This document shows, one piece after another, positions 37,430-52,100 of a DNA stretch of 64,000 nt (the first letter of the stretch is position 1; each line of letters opens with the position of its first letter). Under the pieces are notes generated by a model, which did not search any database, was not told the origin of the DNA, and saw only the letters and a program-made list of their open reading frames with translations. The stretch comes from Bugula neritina (taxonomy: Eukaryota; Animalia; Bryozoa): assembly GCA_964035545.1 (NCBI GenBank), contig OZ037765.1:18910995-18974994 (forward strand), written 5' to 3'. The position numbers and the translations under genes are program-made.

Positions 37430-39860
37430 TCAGTCAAGCACTTTGAGAGATTGGCATTGTCAAGCTATTTAATAATAGGAAACCTGGTAGAAATTACCCT
37501 ATTGGGGTACTTATCAGTGTTGGAGCTAAGGAGATGGTGGTTTTAAAATAGATGGGCTGAAGAAAGAAGCCGGAAGTATGTACCCACCGGGAATGGCACT
37601 GATGTGCAAAAAAACCATTTTATTGTTACTCTTTCACAGCTTCTAGAAAGCTATGAACGAGTCTTGAATAATCCAAAAGATAAAAGTTCAATTAAGGGAG
37701 ACCTCACGTCAAAACTGCAGTATACCAGACTGCCATGGTATACATGCAGTCATGGAAAAGATGCCAAGGAGTTGTTTAAATGGTTTGTCGAAAGAAAGCA
37801 TATGCTGCGACCTAAAAATGAATGTCAAAAGGCATAGAGCCAACAAGAACATGTTCATTTCTGATGCAAAAAGTTTGGTTTCCAGCCTACTGAAGAGTTG
37901 ATTTCTTTTCCATCAACACCAAAAAATTATACTGATACCTCTCTATTATAGATATATGGGGTATTGGTATAATTTTTCTGGCCTTCATAGGCTCTATTCT
38001 TTTGTACAATGTCTCTATTATATTTAGCTGCTCATCTTTGGACTCATGGACAACATTGAATCTATTGTTTCAACAGCAACTAGTTGTAGTTTTCAGCTCT
38101 GTGCACAAATCTCTGCAGCTTCTGCTTTCAATGTGCTTGCTATTTGCGTCTTTTAACTTACCTGTCCTACAACTCAACTGACAACAAGTTATCAGTCTTA
38201 CCTCAAAACTATTTTCCTTCTTGAGTTGCTCAGCCAGCAATGATGAGGGAAGTGAGTTCAGGGCAAAGATGGCTTTTGTTTCAAACATTGTTCAACTTTC
38301 ATTGCAACTATTCAGTTTCATTAAAAAAGCATGTGGGCAACTGCACAGTCGATGATATTTAGCAGCTGATTAAAAAAGAAATTGAAAATTCAAACTGGTT
38401 GGTAAAGTTCCAGATATTTTTGCTGCTGCAATTGCTGTTCTAAAAGCAATGGCCATTTTGAAAAGCATATTGGGAGTCAGAGTCTGCTTACAATTAATCC
38501 AGAAAAAGTTATTCATGAAATTCAAAGTATCGTCTACGGTGGCTTTTCAGAAGTACGGAACTCTGTGAAAGCATTAATTTATTCTACATGTGAAGAGAGA
38601 CAATGCAAAGAAGCTCAAGAATATTATTTTGCAATACAAAGGATGTTTGAGGATGGCCATGGCTCAAAAAATTTCCAAGAGCAACAACTTATTATGGCTG
38701 ATTCAAAGGCTAAAGCTGCAGATTGCTGTTTTTATGGTTTGATCAATTGCACGAAAGCAGTGGAGGAATACAAATTTTTGTTGGAAATTTGTAAAATGCA
38801 CTTGAAAAATAATCATAAGTTGCTAGCAAAAAATGAACGTGGTATTCGACGAGCTTACAACATGTTGAATCAGTATGTTGAAGCTTGTGATCATCTTTTT
38901 AAAGCCCTAGAAATTTGCCGACTTCTAACATCGAGAGAGATTGAATACAGTTATTATGGGGAGATCATATACTCACATGAAGATGCAGATGGTAAATCCC
39001 CTAAAAGAAAATCCAGAAGGCAAACTCAAGTGTCTCAACAACTCTTCCATTGTTCTTGCACACATCTTGTAGACTATCGGAATCAGCTACTTCTACGCAC
39101 CAAGTACTACCACTTTGCTTTTTTGTATTTTGAAAGAAGTAAGGAAATGCTCTATGAGAAATATGGAAGTGAGGCGTGTCACCGAGATATTGCTCACATA
39201 TAATGTTTGCATTAGGCGGTGCATATACGGTGTTAGGATGACATGAAGACACCAGTGAGTACTTTAAGCGATGCCTAACTATTACCACTCATGCAGTTGT
39301 ATGAACAAAAGAGTAAGTTCAAAGCCTCTGTCCTACACTACTTTGCTACAGGAAATTCTCCAACATACCATAACATCTTAGTCAGGATGTTCTTCAGTAT
39401 ACCCCGCTACAAAGTTGTCATTCTGCAGTATGGCCTACATTTATTTCATACTAGAAAGAATGACTTAGGCAACTTGGCACTGTGTAAAGCAATAAAGATG
39501 TTTTGAGCTGTAGCATCAACATCAGAAAAAAAAGAATGCTTGAATCTGTATATTTCTAATGCTGTGGCCAAATTAGCATTAAATCATTGCAAGCAAGGAG
39601 ATGTAAATTTTTTTAAGCAGACCCATCAGGTTTCACTTTCTCTGTTGGCCAACTTTGAAAAAATCTCTCCCAAGCCAGCAGCATCAAAAGGAGGATTATT
39701 ATTTCAAACCATTGGTAGTATGTCTGGCTCAATTCAGCAGCATGAGAATCCTTTCATGCATTTCCTAAAGAAAAAACAATTTTTTTGTGTTTGCATGCAA
39801 TGACATAAATCATCAAAAAATCTGTGAAACTGAGCTCTAGATTAAATCTGTTTAAAAAAG
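37430..39860 (+). pseudogene. Decayed TPR-repeat protein pseudogene (kinesin-light-chain/nephrocystin-type TPRs)
   Basis: Fragmented ORFs 37604-37837, 38565-39203 and 39540-39803 with TPR-like AYNMLNQYVEACDHLFKALEI and YFERSKEMLYEKYGSEACHRDIA; many stops and frameshifts. Confidence 0.6.
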
Positions 39861-42800
39861 CTAGACACTGAGCTAATCTAAGTCTACTGCTATGTTGCAG
39901 CTTTCACTTTCCGCTACATCCTGCAAGTGACACTATAAACTAAAATTATATTTCCTTATAACATGATAAGCCATGACTAAAAGCTTTATATTTATACACT
40001 AATAATTATAGCCTGTTTTCATTAGCACATATTTTTGTATTCAAAAGTAATTTTGATTATTTACAAGTGTGACATACTGGCTGACTTTTGTCTGCATAAT
40101 GTTACATAATACACTTTATACAGCTTATGATAATAAAAATGTCCAAACAGGTATCATTTTATCATTTTAGTACAATTTATACGTCTGTAAGTCATTGTTT
40201 CTATTCTATGTTGTGAAGTCCTGGTGAATTATGCACGGGAAAACATTGAGAGATTTTCTTCTAATTTCTGTATTTGTTTTTGAAAATTCTAAGTTTTCAA
40301 CCAAATTAAAATCGTTCAAAATCTTACATTGTAGATAACTACTTTAAATATTTACCTATATATAGTTGACTAGAAAAAAATCAGCACTAGATGGATTCGC
40401 TGAAACCATGTAGAAGTAGAACGCAACTCCAAATCAAAAAAGTGAGAAAATATTTAGCTAACTGCTAAAACATGCTCTGATCAATTGAGTTATAGTATAG
40501 GAGATCCTATCTCCTATACTATAATCAATATAAATGTTTTTGTGTTATATTTTTGATATTTATACATAATATATTTTTTTATATCTGCTATGAACTGTTA
40601 GTAGTAAACATATAATGCAGTTCACTACAAATCAGTCACCTTTTTTTCACATATTTTTAAACCACACACTATCTGCTCAGAAATGGTACAGTTTTAAGAA
40701 ACTATAAACAATAAACTTAAAACAGCATACATTCAATGAAAAATTCCATTGAACTTTATATGTCACTGTCACAGATTGTGTAGAATTTACATCACGCAGC
40801 ATAAACTATAAGTGACTGGATACAAATAATAGTTGAGATAATAAATTTAAATGTACAAATTTTATGAGACAAAATCTTAAAGGTGCAGATTTTACAAAGA
40901 ATAAATTTAAACTCGCCTTTGGGTTTTCAACAACTGATCATATATGTGATACATTTTTTCTGAGAAACAAATTAAAATTATTAATTTCAACGACATCCAG
41001 TTTTCCCAAAACTTACTCAAACTTTAAATTTCTAACTGTACTGTCAATATTTATTTTGATTGCATAATATAACTGTAGCTGGTTGTGTATTGCATGCCCA
41101 CTATAAATAAATTTTGATTTCATTAACTTCTTTTTTATGTTTAGGTGACATACCTCAACAGGCATTACTCATCTGCCTTGTGCTGACTATAAGATCTGTG
41201 GTCACAACATTGTGGTTGGGGTTGCTGTCATTCTTGTCTTACCTCTATTAGGCTAGGTTGATACTCTGAGGCTACTCAGTGAGTGTTTACTATATGTTTT
41301 GGGACACAATCATTGTGGTATTTTAGGAACAATTTTTGTTTACGCAAGATATTTTTTGCCTGATACAGTAACAACAACTATAGTATATAAACTCTTGGCA
41401 AACTTAGTATAATCAATTGGCAGCACTCTTAAAAAAAATTGTTGTAATTTTAATCTACTATTTTTACAATATTATTTGCTGGCGCTGTCTATGAAGGACC
41501 AAAAAGTTTTTACCAGCAAGTTTATCAGCGAGTTTAACAGCAAGTATAATCACACAATAAACTTCTGCGTCTGAAAATTCCAGGTGTATTCATGTGGGCG
41601 AGTTACAAAAACAATTAGGAGGTTAAAGTTAATTCAATATATTAACTTGTTGAAATTTAATACAATCTTACTTAAATGTGTTCTAAAGCACACCTTAAAG
41701 TTATTTATAATTTTTTTTATTTTCATGTGACAGAAATGTTTCAAAAGTTAATTCAACTTATTTTTTGTTTAAAACTTGCAATGACCCGTATATTTAAAAC
41801 AAAGCAGGTGCCTAGTCGGCTTACTCATATATTATTTTCTTTTTAACTACAAAATATAGTTCAATATTAACTTGCATTTTTGAAATTAACATCGGTAATT
41901 GACAAACCAATTTAAACCTGTTAAGAAATTCATTTTATCAAATTTAAGAATGTGCCAGTTAATAATGAAAAGGTGCTCGAGCTTAGCTATAATTGACAGA
42001 TAGTGACAAAAAGAAATTTTATCTATTATTAGTAAATTGGTTTAAGTATAATTATAGTTGATAAAAATTTATGTTTGTGTAATACACAATGTATTAGAAT
42101 ATGTTTCACAAAGCTACGAAAAAATTATAAATATTTAAAAACACAAGCTTAATTATGATTTATAAAATACTTTTAGAGTCTATTAAAACAAAATGTAATA
42201 GTTTCAAAGCAAAACTGTGTGAGGTTTTAGTAGGAAAAATTTAATAAAAATTAGCTTTCTTAATTTTAAAATATTAAGAGGTCAACGTAAACATAATTAA
42301 AAGTAATGAGTTTGTTTAATAAGCACATAATTATTTATAGTTTATTTATAGTTTTACACTCAGCATTCAAAGTATACCAACTATAATTGTTTTCTCTTGA
42401 CAGAATTTTGGTAGATTTCCTGGTTATGGTCTCAAAAAATTAAACCTTGTACTTGCATTCACACTTGTAATTATACTGAGCAAACACTTGTAGTTGTGAA
42501 GTTTGTTAGACTAAGCTCTTTTAATCGGTTCTTTGCACAAGTCCTTGTCAATATAGCCAGCATACTTAATGGCATGGGCTTCTATACTTCTGATAAACAA
42601 AAAAGTTAGGCAGGATTTATAGCAAGTTGATATAGAAATTTTAGAAAAAATTTATGCAAGTGACATTTTATTTTCAGTTTTTGTTTTATTATATCTTTTT
42701 TAATTTTAAAACTAATCAAATGCAAAAATTAAGTCTTTTTTAATATTATTTTCTTTCATAAAAGTTGCATATACTATTTTTAGGACTTTAATTTCTATTA

Positions 42801-43569
42801 GGTATTGTTACTTTTCAGAAATAAACTGATTTAATTTTAGACTTTTGCTTACATGCAATATGTGCTGGATTTATAGTTCCGTTCCCATATTCTCAGCTTT
42901 GCCTATTTCATACACATTCTTCTGACCTATATCACCACATATTAATCCGACTCCTGTAATCAGCCAACATATTTATCTATATGTTATATTTATCAATATA
43001 TTATACAAAAAATATTTATCAGTAGCTTCAAATGAATCCGAAGCAAACGTTGTAATTTTCCTACAAGGCCAGAGTAGTGCTCTATGTAAAAATCACCTTA
43101 CACAAGAGATTTTAAAACTTGTATAACTTTTTTAATTATTGTAAAAAAGCTATAATTTAAATTAAATAATATGCAAAATTTTATAAAATAATAATGCATA
43201 CAGTTACATATCAATTATATATTTGAATATTTTATTGATAATTTATTTTATAACAAAGAAAAAAGCTTGAAGTTGCTACAAAAATAACTAATTGTGCATG
43301 CGACTTTTGTAAAATAAAATCTGAGCTGTCACTGTTTGATGCAGTAAAAATGAATTTTGGCTCAAATTTTATTAGCAAAATTATAAGATTGTTTAATCCT
43401 ACTGCCTATAAATAGTTGTTTACTGTAGTAAGTTTAGCCAATGAGCTTGTTTACATAAAATTAGACACTTGATGAAGCAATAAACACTGGCAGCCTAGTG
43501 AATACTTACAGCTGCAGTGCAGAGGGTGCTAGTGCAATCTTTATTAATCCAGTTTTATTTTATTTACTT

Positions 43570-44286
43570 TTGTATATTAAATAAAGATCAGATGCAATTA
43601 AATTAGCAAAGTTTCAATATATTTGTTGTATCTTTAACAGTGGCCCATTGTGCCAGAGTACAATGGGCCACAATGGGTCGGTTTTTTTTTATCATGAAAA
43701 TTTTATCATTCTGGAGGTTGTGAAGGAGATAGAAACAGCAAACTAATATTTATAATAGACAACCTGTGTAGCATTTAGACTAAATATTATTTAACTATAG
43801 TAATGTAGTGATTTTCGCAATTCACTATATTATGTGGGTCGACTTATACAAAGCTACTACACCAGGTTATTTACGTTATGACAAGTTTATTATTTACAAG
43901 ATACAGAATTGAATTACTACTACTAACATGAATTAAACGATAATAGCGAGCACTTTACACACAACCATTCTAAATGAAGTCCCAAGCTGCTCTGCCCGGC
44001 TAGCTACTCAGCGAGCTTCCACTACAAGTAGCTAGCTCCACCTGCTATCAATTAACAGTCAGTCCTGATTGGCTGGTATTAGTGGTGCCACTGTCCACCA
44101 AAAGATACAAGTCGGCTGGAAGTTGATGTAGCCATCTCCACAATAATATACAACATAGAGTCGACCCTTTCGATATAATAACTAACAATTAATTGCACTA
44201 CTGAAATCCATTACAGTAACTTAAAAAAACAGATGAATGAGAGCAAAATATTCAAAATTTTGCCAATTGTGCCCTCGTTACCCCTA
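43570..44286. mobile_element. Right part of a second copy of the GGGGTAACGAG TIR element
   Basis: Homologous to 13600-13866; ends ...ttgtgccctcgttacccc followed by TA. Confidence 0.65.
43804..44215. mobile_element. 412-bp TGT...ACA insertion (solo LTR or Ginger-like MITE)
   Basis: GTAA TSD at 43800-43803 and 44216-44219; the empty site is visible in the paralog near 13825; imperfect terminal inverted repeats. Confidence 0.75.
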
Positions 44287-44661
44287 TTATATAACTGTTT
44301 GAAAATTCGAACCATGAATATAAAAAATTTTTCTTTTTTTGAAGATATTATTATCATATTTAAGTTTTTTCTGTAGGAAGCACCATGAATCACTTGTGGA
44401 TTGAAGAAAAATATAGTTTTAATAGTGGTGAATTTAGATTGTTGCTATTTACTGCTGCGATGCTTTATTTATTCAATGCCCATAAAATGTAGAAACTTGA
44501 TTATCTCATATACTTATAGAATTTTGGATATAGGCACTTCAAGATATAGTTATATTATAAAAATTTAATATGAAGAATGACAATTATTTTTTCAGTTTTT
44601 GTAATATAACCCGATTACAAATAAATTTATTTTCATTAATGAATTCTACACAAAAAATATA

Positions 44662-45626
44662 GGGGAAACCTGGGTGATATGAACCACCCGGGTGATATGG
44701 ACCATGCATGTTTTGCAGTATCCAAAGTTACCAGAAAGTTGGAAAGTGTCTTATTGTTTAGAAATAGGAATATCTAACTTCCTGTCTACATGTTTCAAGC
44801 TTGTCTCTTTGTAATAGAAAACAAAGACACATTTTCTCTTTTTGCTCGTTTTCTTATAACTTTTCACAACTTTTGTGGATATATTTTCATTGAAAAAATT
44901 ATCTGAAGTAAGGAGCCTGTATCTACTGATAATGTGTGGAGGGTATGTATAAATACCCAAATAATATATATAATACTTGTCCACTCTCTGTCTGTAGGAA
45001 TTCAAAATTTTTGGTGACATGATTTTTGGGTGATATGGACCGCCACTTGGGGGTGATATGGACCGTGGACCATATCACTCAGCAAATTGAATTTTTCTTC
45101 TCATATACTTTTTTGGAGAAAAATAATACTATTTTTCAAGTATTTCAAACAATGCTAAAGCATTAAACCCCTAAATATTGATTAGACAACATTATAACCA
45201 ATTGCTGTAGAATGTGTGCTTGAAATATTCATACTCATGCAATGTATTTTAGATGCCAAGATATTCTTCCAAAAATATTTGAAATGCTTGGGGTTAGAAG
45301 ACACTAAAAGAAGCTGTTACACACTTATTTCAGATCTATTGTTTTATGTTACTTTTTATTATAGAAAAATGCATTTTCAACACAAAAAAGCTGACTTTAT
45401 GTGACAGAGTCTGTGGTGGCCCATATCACCCGAAATTTCAAAAACTCTCCGGGTGATATGGTCCACCAATTTTCAATCATAGCTCAGTCAAGCATCTGTA
45501 TAGGAGCTTCAAATTATGTTTGTATATTAGTAGAGATAGCACCCACATGTTGAAACACTAATTTTCAATCAACCATAGTCAGTATGAGCTGTGGGCTTAA
45601 GTGGCCCATATCACCCAGGTTTCCCC
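44662..45626. mobile_element. Tc1/mariner-pogo-type MITE
   Basis: 20-bp perfect TIR ggggaaacctgggtgatatg / catatcacccaggtttcccc, TA on both sides; internal gggtgatatggacc repeats. Confidence 0.9.
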
Positions 45627-46178
45627 TACACAACGCTAATGCATCCTGCTACTTTCTTTGATATTTTTGACATAAATGTTTAAATGATAATATAGTATAA
45701 CTTTAATTGATAAAATAATTAAAAACTAAAGTTTTACAAATGCTGGTTTATTATGTAACGAACAGCAACTCTATACCAAAAAGCTTACTTTTTAAAAACT
45801 TGATTCATGAAGTTTTATCATTTGATACGATAAAGACGACAGTTATTATAGAATGTAATATTTGCTAAGCCATAAATTTTAGATGCATTATTAATTATGA
45901 GTTTATTGGACAAAATCCTTTTGCTAAATAAAAAATTTTGGGAAATTTTTAGTGTGCTATATAATAAATCGTAATTAAATAATGTGCTGCAGGAGAAATG
46001 CTGTAGAAATCTCAGAACAATTACTGCATAAAAGTTGTCATTCTGAGTAATAAAACACATGGTGAGCAGTTATAATATTATATAGTGATCTAATGTTGTG
46101 AAGATATTTCAGTGACTTGTATAGAATATAATGAGCCATGCATCTACTAGAATTATTCCATCAGTTATAAGTGAGTTA

Positions 46179-49100
46179 CTAGAAGAAAAGCAGATGTTTG
46201 CTGACTAAAAGTATTGTCAGCAGAAACAGGAAGTGTGACAAGACAAAGGTGTTTGCTGAGTTGTCCTCTTTCACATTATCTCCCCTTGAACCTTCTGAGG
46301 TGGTTGCACATTCGACTACAAAGTAAAGCGTAACATGATATTAGGTTGTGTGCAGTTAGAACTATAATATCACTTATACAGAGATGTAGTTGCTATACCA
46401 TTTCAAACAAGATATGGCACTAAAGCCTTGTAAAAAAGAAGCAATTATATTCAGCATATGTATAATACTATAATATGTATCAGATGACATTATTCAATCA
46501 TCTATATACAATTGTTTTCATTTGCTGTTACATAAGACTGGAATTGAAGCTGAAAATTTGAAAATGTGAAACCCATAAATAGTTATAGCTGCAGTAACTT
46601 CTTTAAATTATCAATTTCTTTTGACAAAGATACACTGCTGTGCAGGCAGCAGAAACATTTTATAGCAAGGCTTGATTATATTGATGTGACATTACTATTT
46701 CAAGCGAAATAGCTTAAATATTATGCCTGTGTTTTAAGTAGATGTGCATTTAGTGATTTCAATATAAAAATTATCACAAGTTTCTGTAACTATTATCTAA
46801 AAATTCAAAAGAGGAACTTTCAGTTTAAGCATTTAAAACAGTTGTTATTCATCAATTTCAGGTTTCACACAATGTTTTTCCTGATTCAGGTTATTCAGTA
46901 TGCGTATTAGTGGGGAGGAAATATACTTTTCAAACACTACAATAATAAAAATATGAATGATAAATTTGTTATGTATTGTTAAAAATCTAATCAAACACTT
47001 TTCCAAAGTTATTTGAACATGCTATGAAATACTTACTATTAGTAGACATCATTGTGCAATGTTTTAAACACCCATTTCATAGGAAGCCATATTTTTGTGT
47101 TGCTATTTATTTTTTGTACATATAAATATACTTCATGTATTTTGTTCCATAATTCATCTTATTCCTTTTATTTTATTCTATAATATACCGTATTATAATT
47201 CTATAAACGATCTATAGGAAAGCAAAAAATTCTAATTTCACACCTGGAGCTTTGTCAGACAAAACTTGTAGTCTTCTAGCCTCAAATAAAACACTCTGTA
47301 CTTTCTCCAGTCTCTCCTTGTGAGGAGTTGTGATCACACTGATGTTTTTGTTTAAATCCAAAAACTTGTTAGTCTCAGTGTTGAGCTGAGGCCATTCCGG
47401 TACATCATCAGGAAGTGCAACTGGCTGGTTGGGGTTTCTAAGTAATATAATATAATATAATTATACGGAATTAATTACTATTGTATCTCCATAACAAGCA
47501 CATGCTAGTCATAGTGTTACAACATATATTTATATTATATCTAATATATGTAAATCATGTAAGTACTATTAATCAGTTGCTACGTAACATATCTGTTGAA
47601 TGCAATTTTATTGTAAAATATAAAAATACTCTCAACAAAGCTCAGTCAAACTTTTCACTGTTATATGGCAAAAAAGCAATTATGACCAGATGCTCTTTCT
47701 AACATCACCAATAGCATTTACCAGGAATAACACCACTGCACAGACTGGTGTTTACCTATAGGCAGCACCTTAACTAATAAACCATAGCTGCATGATTCCT
47801 CCATTACCAAATACAACATCAATTATTCAAGAGGTGTTATCATAAGGTATAAATTTTTGAAAAAAATTTAAATTCTAAGCAATACAAGTTTATATCTCAC
47901 CCTGATTTAGCAAAATTAGTCCACATAGTCATCATGATATTTGACAGTGGCTGTAGATCTTCGTTTATTGCATTGAAAAACTCCAAGAATGCGCTACTTG
48001 CATTTGTGAGTGGATTTTCAAGGTAAGCTGTAATAATCAGTGTAAAAATGATTGACTAAAACTAACAGAATAATCATTTGTCTATAAATATAAAGCTCTA
48101 TTGCTGCTGTCAACTGTTTTGCGCTAGCTCTGAAAATGTTGCCTAAAAAAATCAGCCTCGTGATAATATTCAATCAAGATGTGTTCTTAAGGTATATAAG
48201 CAGTTAACAATTAAAGCACTTTATGATAGAATATTATAATTAATAAAGTATACCAGCAGATCAACAAATACTATATAGGAAAGTGACCTCCCAGAAAATT
48301 TATATCAGATAAAACATACTCTGTTTATTTGTTTTAGATGACCCTGAAAATATATAAACTGATTTGCATGTATATACAATATTTTATTTTGCTAGTTCTT
48401 TAAAATAATAAAACTTTTCATACCTTTGTTCAGCTCATCATTTTGAGCTGCCTGATAGCCTCCAAAGACAAATCTTACTTCAGCAAAATGATCAGCTGAA
48501 ACTCTCATCCAATCAGGTACTGGGAAAGGTAATAAGGCAATGGCAGGAGTGAGTTCAGTAAAGTAATAAGCATATGTAGATTGGCTAGAAGAACTGTGTT
48601 TACTGTGATCCATCAACTTTCTCACTCCGTCCACATTATAATTCAGTTCACCTGTGTTTAAAGTTTAACTTACTTGTTATGACTTGAATAACTACATGTG
48701 ATAGCTTTATGGAGAGCAGAGTTCAAACATTGCAACAGTTAGTGATGTAAATTGACATAAAATATTATGCACATTGCAATAGAGAGAATAGTGATAATCA
48801 TATATTATAATGCAGTAAGCTATAATAACAAGTGTGTGGTTTATCAGCTGTAATAGTCTAACTATTGCTACATCATAATTAGCTTTCACCTTTGAATGTT
48901 CATTCATACAGAGATATGTAGATACTAAGCATGACCGTATTGAGTCATTACCATGATGTTCATTAAATCAATATCTCAAATTTGAAGTCTCAAATTTCGC
49001 ATTCATTAACATCTGGCTAAGCAAATATTTTTTAAATTGTAAAACATAAACTGAATAATTATTTTACCACATACCTAACAAATTAGTACAAGTAAAATTT

Positions 49101-52100
49101 TCACAATTGTAAGCTATTGAAGAAAATAAAATGTAGTAACATAGAATAAAACTGACAGAGCTTAAATTTAACAATTGCAAACATAACAATTGGAAAAATA
49201 TAGAAGATGCACCTGTCATAAGAGAAAAGGCAATAGTTCTTTGCTGGTTGTCTGTGAATTGGTCCAGTTGGTATAAATCAACAAGGAACTCAACACACAG
49301 TTTAGTAGAAAGTGGAGCAGCCATGGCACACACCGTGGTTTCTAAAATGCTTTTAATGCTGTCCAATGACGAGCCATTATTCACTGTATCCTCAGCAGAA
49401 TAAAGCCATAAATAATATGCAGCACCAGATTGCATTTCTTGTCCATTAAAACCTTGCAAGAGGTCAAACCTAAATAAAAGCATGGCTGATAACTACAAAA
49501 GGCTAGAACTACATATAGTGCATTTATTAAGCAAGATTTAAGTAAAAATTTAACTATTATGACATTGCATTAGTGTTGAACAAGTGTAGCATTAATATGT
49601 ATCTTGATCATATACACCATTTAAATTTAAGCCATATAGAAATTGGTATACTTTTTACATTCAGCATAATAAAAAGTTTGCTAAATGTATTTGTAGGTGT
49701 ATGATATTCTAACTATTGCCGAAAAATGAATCATAAAATAATAATTTTATTTTCTTTAAATTATTGCCTTAGTTTAATTAGCTTTTTGCTCCAACACAAA
49801 TTACTGTAGCTTGCTAATGCCTTCTTTAAAGGGTTATCATTTAATTTGATTATTAGGATGGTATAAACTCAAAATTTAATATTATTTTGTGATCTATAAA
49901 CTCAAAAACAGCATAATTTTACTTTTGGCTCTGCCCTATGTTCATAAATTACCCTCCACCCCAAGTACCTTCCAGACAAGTTATATACTTCAGCCACTAT
50001 ATCTTTGGAGAAGAAATCTTCATCTGGAAAAGGGACAAAGTAGTTATATGGAGCCTGTGTGGGAGTTTCTATAGAGAATATTTCTTCTATGGTCTTGTCA
50101 GCTAGGCATGTGTAAACTGACATGTCATCTGGACATTCATATTGCTCTTTTATATTATTTTGATACTTGTGCAAGTTGTTTTGTGAAACATGCCAGCTCC
50201 ATGGCGAGAAAAGAGTCCCGGACTACAAAGTAGTAGAAGTATTATATAAATCAGTTGACATATACTTATTTACAAGTTATCTATTATTAGATAAACATAT
50301 ATGATTATGGTTATTATTTTATGAAAGGCTTTCTTCTTGTTTCATGTTAAAAAAAGATATTAGTTCGTGTGATAAACAGTTTTAAAGATGATATTTTATA
50401 ATAGAGATTCTTATACTTCAACAATAGCTCTTTGAAACAGTTCAGTGTTATGGGGACTCATCATCTGAGCTGAGACACTCCCAGCTCCTGCAGACTCTCC
50501 AAATATGGTAATGAGTTCTGGATCTCCACCAAACTTGTCAATATTTTCTTTTACCCACATTATAGCAGCTCTTTGATCCCACAGACCAAAGTTTCCAGTG
50601 CCTGCATCATATGATGCATGCATATATTATGATCTCATACTTGTACTATTCTTATTGGATACAATATCAAGAATTGCATATCAAATTCACATTCGAGAAT
50701 TGGGCTAGCAAATCAAAGTAGCCAAAAGTAGGCTGAAGTAAAACATACTTTGTTCACCTGGTGAAAAAAGTTGTCTGCTTTGGTGACAGCAAAATTTTAA
50801 AGAGACTACTTGATGAATGCGTGTATGCACATATGTATGCATTATATATAAAACTACAATACGTGTGCATGTAATGTGCATGTTTATGTAAGCCTATAGC
50901 ATATAATATGTGAGTAGCTTTCAAAATTGCTCATTCATTTGCAGATCATGGATCTGGATGCTGCAAAAGTTATTTGTATGTCTATTCAGTTTAATTAAAG
51001 CTGCCAAAATATTGCAATTCAAAAAAAACTATTTGACTTAGATCAGTGAGCCAAAGAATTTGTTTATTTTTGCTGTAGAACTTTTTACTTTACTTGTTTA
51101 AAGTTCTTTAATGACTATGTTTTAAATATATCTAGCTTATCAAAATGATTAACAGCTTTACATCTTTCTTAGTTACATTACAAGTTACTAACATCTTTAA
51201 AAGCATGCATATAATTTAAATTTCACTAATTTTGTTTGTTACCAGTTTTGATTGAAAAATAAAAACCTTTTCTTAAAATGATGAGCACTTGGCAAGCGCA
51301 TATTCTAAAAGTATTTTTGCATCACAAAAACGTGTATTTCATCTATAGGCTAAAAAGCTCAAATGTCAATATAATTACTTCACTTTATACCTGAAGTTAT
51401 ATATCATGAAGAAATAAAATTAGACGAAATGATCTGTTTGCTGCCTTTAAAATAAAATAATTCTAGTTTCAATGTATAAGCAAGAAAAAAGTATTGCACT
51501 GAGTTGACATTTAAAAATTTAAACATTGGGTTTCAAGTACCTAAGAGAAACTTCCTTACCAGCCCCATTTGATAAAAACCCTAGTAGTCCGAGTCTATAA
51601 TTGATGGCTACTACAATCACATCACCAGCTACAGCCAGAGGTGCACCAAAATATGTATTTTTGGCTCCAGTTGTATAGCCTCCTCCATGTATCCAAATCA
51701 TCACAGCTTTCTTGTTATTAGAGTTAATTTCTCCTGGTACTGTGATATCAAGGTGCAGACAATCCTCACTGCCAAAAGGTGCTCCTACAAAGCAAAAGAT
51801 TTAGAGTTATGGATGTATATCAAAGTTTTGACGTCTTTAATTGGTAGACTTTTGTTTGTGCGTAAAAATTTGTCAAATGAGCAGTTGTTTATGAAGCCTC
51901 CAACTCCATACTGTCAGCAAAGTTTGTATGGAATCAAGTTGCTAATATTGTTCGAAACGTAACTAAAGCATAGAATGTTTTGTTGAATAAAACATTTCTA
52001 GAATATGAATTACCTGGAAAAAACAGATATAGTTGTGGACAATTTGCTGTTTGAATGGTTGCATCTTTTTCTCCTTCCCAAGAAGGATAGGCCTCTGGCT

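Noticed and set aside
41145-43075. Exon-like blocks (41145-41280, 42390-42590, 42855-42955)
   Set aside because: Contain stops and no recognisable motif; cannot be supported without a search.
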